Shown here: positions 10,626 to 13,000 of the stretch, one piece after another
Layout of the letters: every line of letters begins with the position of its first letter
Position numbering within the stretch: position 1 is the first letter of the stretch
Assembly (NCBI GenBank): GCA_030704615.1
Contig: JAKLZA010000134.1
Span: 1 to 13,000, forward strand
Reading direction: 5' to 3'
DNA: 13,000 nucleotides
From: Takakia lepidozioides
Lineage: Eukaryota; Plantae; Bryophyta
Program-made: the position numbers and the translations under genes
Notes under the pieces: model-generated
What the model was told of the DNA's origin: nothing
The model's input: the letters and a program-made list of their open reading frames with translations, nothing else
Database searches by the model: none

Positions 10626-11472
10626 CATCCGTGTGGGGATCCCATCTGGAGGGGCTGCAACGGAATGTGAAGGCTCCCGACAGAGCGGAAGTCTCCTCGG
10701 ATTCGTCGGAGTCCGAGGAAGACACAGTGGACATTGATGCGGAGGAGAACCCGGAATACGAGTGAGTGCAAACATTGTAAGTTTGCAAAGCCTTCTGGGT
10801 CATTTATGTCAAACGAATTTCCCGACTGTGGTTCTCATTAGTCTCGTTGATGATTGTCATGTGCAGGATTGCAGGGTCCGGGTCGAAACATGTAGGGCCT
10901 ACACTTCCTGCCAGGAAGAATGTCCCGTTCTTTGCGAGGGCCGACTTCATGACGAGCCCGGTGAGGGACTACTCCCTTCCTAGTTATGCAGCTAAACTCG
11001 CAAATACAGCGATTAGAAGAAGTGAGAATCCCAGTAAAGTAGAGCAGATTTTGGAGAGGGCTAGGGAGGACAGAAGGATAAGGAAAGAGTTGGCAGCAGC
11101 TCAGACAGGTAGACGGGTACGAAAGTACATATGTGATTCAGCGGATGAGAGCGACGCAGACAGGGAGGAAGACGACCCAACGGAGGTGAGATGGACAGTT
11201 CCGCAAGGGGAAGATGGGATTTTCGAAAGCCTGGCCAACGAGCAGTCCGCTGGAGATGAGAGAGGCACTGAGGGGGTGGAGGCGGAGCAGGACAGTCTAG
11301 AACAGGATGAGGATTCGGATGATTTTCAAGATTAATAGAATTTTAATGAAGTCTCTGTAAATGTAAATTCTCTTCCAGAGTATATAAAGGAAATTCTGCC
11401 CGACATTCGTGACCCCTCTCCAGTGTGCATTCCAGCCACACAATCGCCCAAACCACGACGCTCCCAAAATCA

Positions 11473-12185
11473 GAAATGGGGCACCGCATTTCCAAAACAG
11501 GGGAGGGACTAAATTTTCCATTTCAATGTTGGCATAGTAAAAAGTAATCTGAATTGGAAATGCGGTGCCGCATTTCCAAAATTTCCTTTGTCCACACGCC
11601 AGTTTTGGCCTCTCCCGCTCATTGCATGGATGCCACCACGCTTACAAGAGGTCGAACAAGGAGGTCGAGATGGCGGGATTGAAAATGCGGTGCCGCATTT
11701 CAGTATTGGGGATGGTCGTTGTTCGAACTGCAGGCCCATCAGCAAAAATTGGCACCGCATTCCATTGTAAAAAAAAGTCGATGACGGACATGGAAATGCG
11801 GCGCCGCATTTCCAGAACGGACATCGCAATTTGTCCATTTGCAGACCCTCTCTCGGAAATGCGGTAACGCATTCCATCGCGCTGGTCGGAAATGTCACAC
11901 TTTTCGAAGTGTTGTACGGAAATGCGGCACCGCATTCCCTTGTCCAAAAAGAAGTTTCCATTGCCAAGCTGGAAATGCGTCGCCGCATTTGCAATGCCAA
12001 CCTCGTTTTCTGATCAATTTATAGACCCGTGTTGGTATTTCGTGTACCTGGACGGAAATGATGCACCGCATTTTCTTGTCGGACATGGAAATGCGGCGCC
12101 GCATTTCGATGCCGACATGGAAATGCGGCGCCGCATTTCGATGCCGACATGGAAATGCGGTGCCGCATTTCAATGTCCGACATGG
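11473..12185. repeat. Second cluster of ~12 palindromes, irregularly spaced, ending in a 32-bp tandem repeat
   Basis: Copies near 11473, 11556, 11681, 11745, 11792, 11855, 11918, 11971, 12054, 12087, 12119, 12151. The unit gacatggaaatgcggcgccgcatttcgatgcc repeats at 12082, 12114 and 12146. Confidence 0.93.
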
Positions 12186-12353
12186 CGTTACTCTGGTATA
12201 TTCTTGACACATGACTCACATACCGGTTACTCTGCTATATTCATCCGGACAGACACATTGTAGAAATGAGACATCAAATTGTAAACAGTGGGCCAATTCC
12301 GACAGTTATTCAACACAATGAAACACAATCATACAGAAGTGAGGTACGATGGG

Positions 12354-12359
12354 TTTATT
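12354..12359 (-). terminator. Putative polyadenylation signal (AATAAA) of the right-edge gene
   Basis: AATAAA on the minus strand 70 nt after the stop at 12429, followed by a GT-rich tract (tgtatgattgtgtttcattgtgttg). Confidence 0.45.
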
Positions 12360-12428
12360 GATCGGACACGATGTCTCACATTTACCAACTGCAGACAAAA
12401 CTAAGCCCTTCCTCCTTCTACATGGGCT

Positions 12429-13000
12429 TCACCAAGTCGACGGAACTTCGATACCCCTCAAAACAAGCTCATCACTGCTGCGGCACCTCGAGGTAAACTG
12501 CAATTCGGTCGTTCTGCTGCCCTTGCTGGAGCCGACGACAATGTCATGTCCATCAATGATACCACCATCATACATTGACAAGGTCACTGTGGGCCTCATG
12601 TGCCCGTGCGATTCGTCTTCGCAACGCAGCCGAATGTCTCCATACACTGGAAGAGCGGAGTGATCTGCACGTATATAGTTTTCCCCGGTGCCGTCCTCCC
12701 TGGTCCACTGGCAGCAGTTCCAGCGCCAAAGCGAGGCCGTGCGTGATCTGTCCGGCATCCCTTTCCAGCTTGGTATATCGAGGTCAACAATTTTCAGGAC
12801 CCACGGACCGCATTGACCCTCGCCCTCACCTCGCTCAAAGCGGTAATAGCCCTCCAGATACTCCATTGCGCGCAAAGACTCTTGCTTGATTCCAGCAGCG
12901 TCTGTGAAAACAGAGAGCCAGACAATGATGTCTCCTGATTCTGGTTTGAACATAGCATAATCGTGGCCATGATAAGGGCAGTCGGCTGGATTTCGGCGGC
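12429..13000 (-). CDS. 3' portion of an unknown protein-coding gene, open beyond the window end
   Basis: The frame of track ORF 12429..12953 stays open to the edge (RRNPADCPYHGHDYAMFKPESG...VPSTW*). Composition is globular, no palindromes interrupt it, and a poly(A) signal follows. No family recognised. Confidence 0.55.
   Translation of the reverse strand, partial: RRNPADCPYHGHDYAMFKPESGDIIVWLSVFTDAAGIKQESLRAMEYLEGYYRFERGEGEGQCGPWVLKIVDLDIPSWKGMPDRSRTASLWRWNCCQWTREDGTGENYIRADHSALPVYGDIRLRCEDESHGHMRPTVTLSMYDGGIIDGHDIVVGSSKGSRTTELQFTSRCRSSDELVLRGIEVPSTW

Larger units (their letters stand above)
6213..11335 (+). pseudogene. Multi-exon gene (~1,400 aa) for a ParB/Srx-like domain + N6A/N4C DNA methyltransferase-like fusion; disrupted in this copy or assembly
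   Basis: Predicted exons: 6213-6296 (uncertain), ~6400/6427-7647, 7760-7949, 8050-8334, 8415-8534, 8618-8835, 8982-10101, 10199-10463, 10566-10761, 10867-11335. All introns from 7648 onward are GT-AG, 80-146 bp and phase-compatible, and they stitch the short track ORFs into one frame. Lesions: a frameshift around 6715-6746 (C8 run, with an in-frame TAG at 6744) and a 1-bp loss at ~7457. Confidence 0.8.
1..13000. mobile_element. Interior of a large Mutator-like (MULE) DNA transposon with cargo genes; both ends lie outside the window
   Basis: A MULE-type DDE transposase is present. One palindromic motif occurs upstream of the transposase, inside introns of the neighbouring gene and downstream of it, tying the segments together. 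No TIR or TSD is visible, so the extent is inferred. Confidence 0.65.

Noticed and set aside
6213-11335. Bacterial restriction-modification or partition operon made of separate small ORFs
   Set aside because: The fragments are joined by phase-consistent GT-AG introns; no ParA, restriction endonuclease or operon-like structure is evident.
4033-12185. The two arrays as terminal inverted repeats of an element containing only the ParB-MTase gene
   Set aside because: Similarity is limited to the self-complementary motif. I saw no extended inverted match between the linkers and no TSD.

Overview
Eukaryotic DNA with many GT-AG introns; a non-seed plant or streptophyte alga is my guess, not shown by the sequence. 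The window looks like the interior of a large Mutator-like (MULE) DNA transposon with cargo genes. (1) Minus strand, ~3605 to <1: a two-exon transposase (>1,170 aa) with a GCM-like Zn DNA-binding domain, D-D-(CxxH)-E core and C-terminal SWIM finger, broken by one 1-bp frameshift. (2) 4033-5817: about 32 copies of the palindrome ACGGAAATGCGG-YR-CCGCATTTCCGT at ~53-bp spacing, with a 266-bp higher-order unit. (3) Plus strand, ~6213-11335, divergent from the transposase: a ~10-exon gene of roughly 1,400 aa, with at least two frameshifts, fusing a ParB/Srx-like domain (DGNHR) to a beta-class N6-adenine/N4-cytosine DNA-methyltransferase-like domain. The same palindrome sits in three of its introns. 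(4) 11473-12185: a second cluster of the palindrome. (5) The 3' part of a convergent unknown gene at the right edge. No element termini are visible. The candidate novel system is a transposon carrying a prokaryote-type ParB-methylase gene plus many copies of a cis palindrome confined to non-coding DNA, reminiscent of VANDAL/VANC anti-silencing and of ParB/parS.
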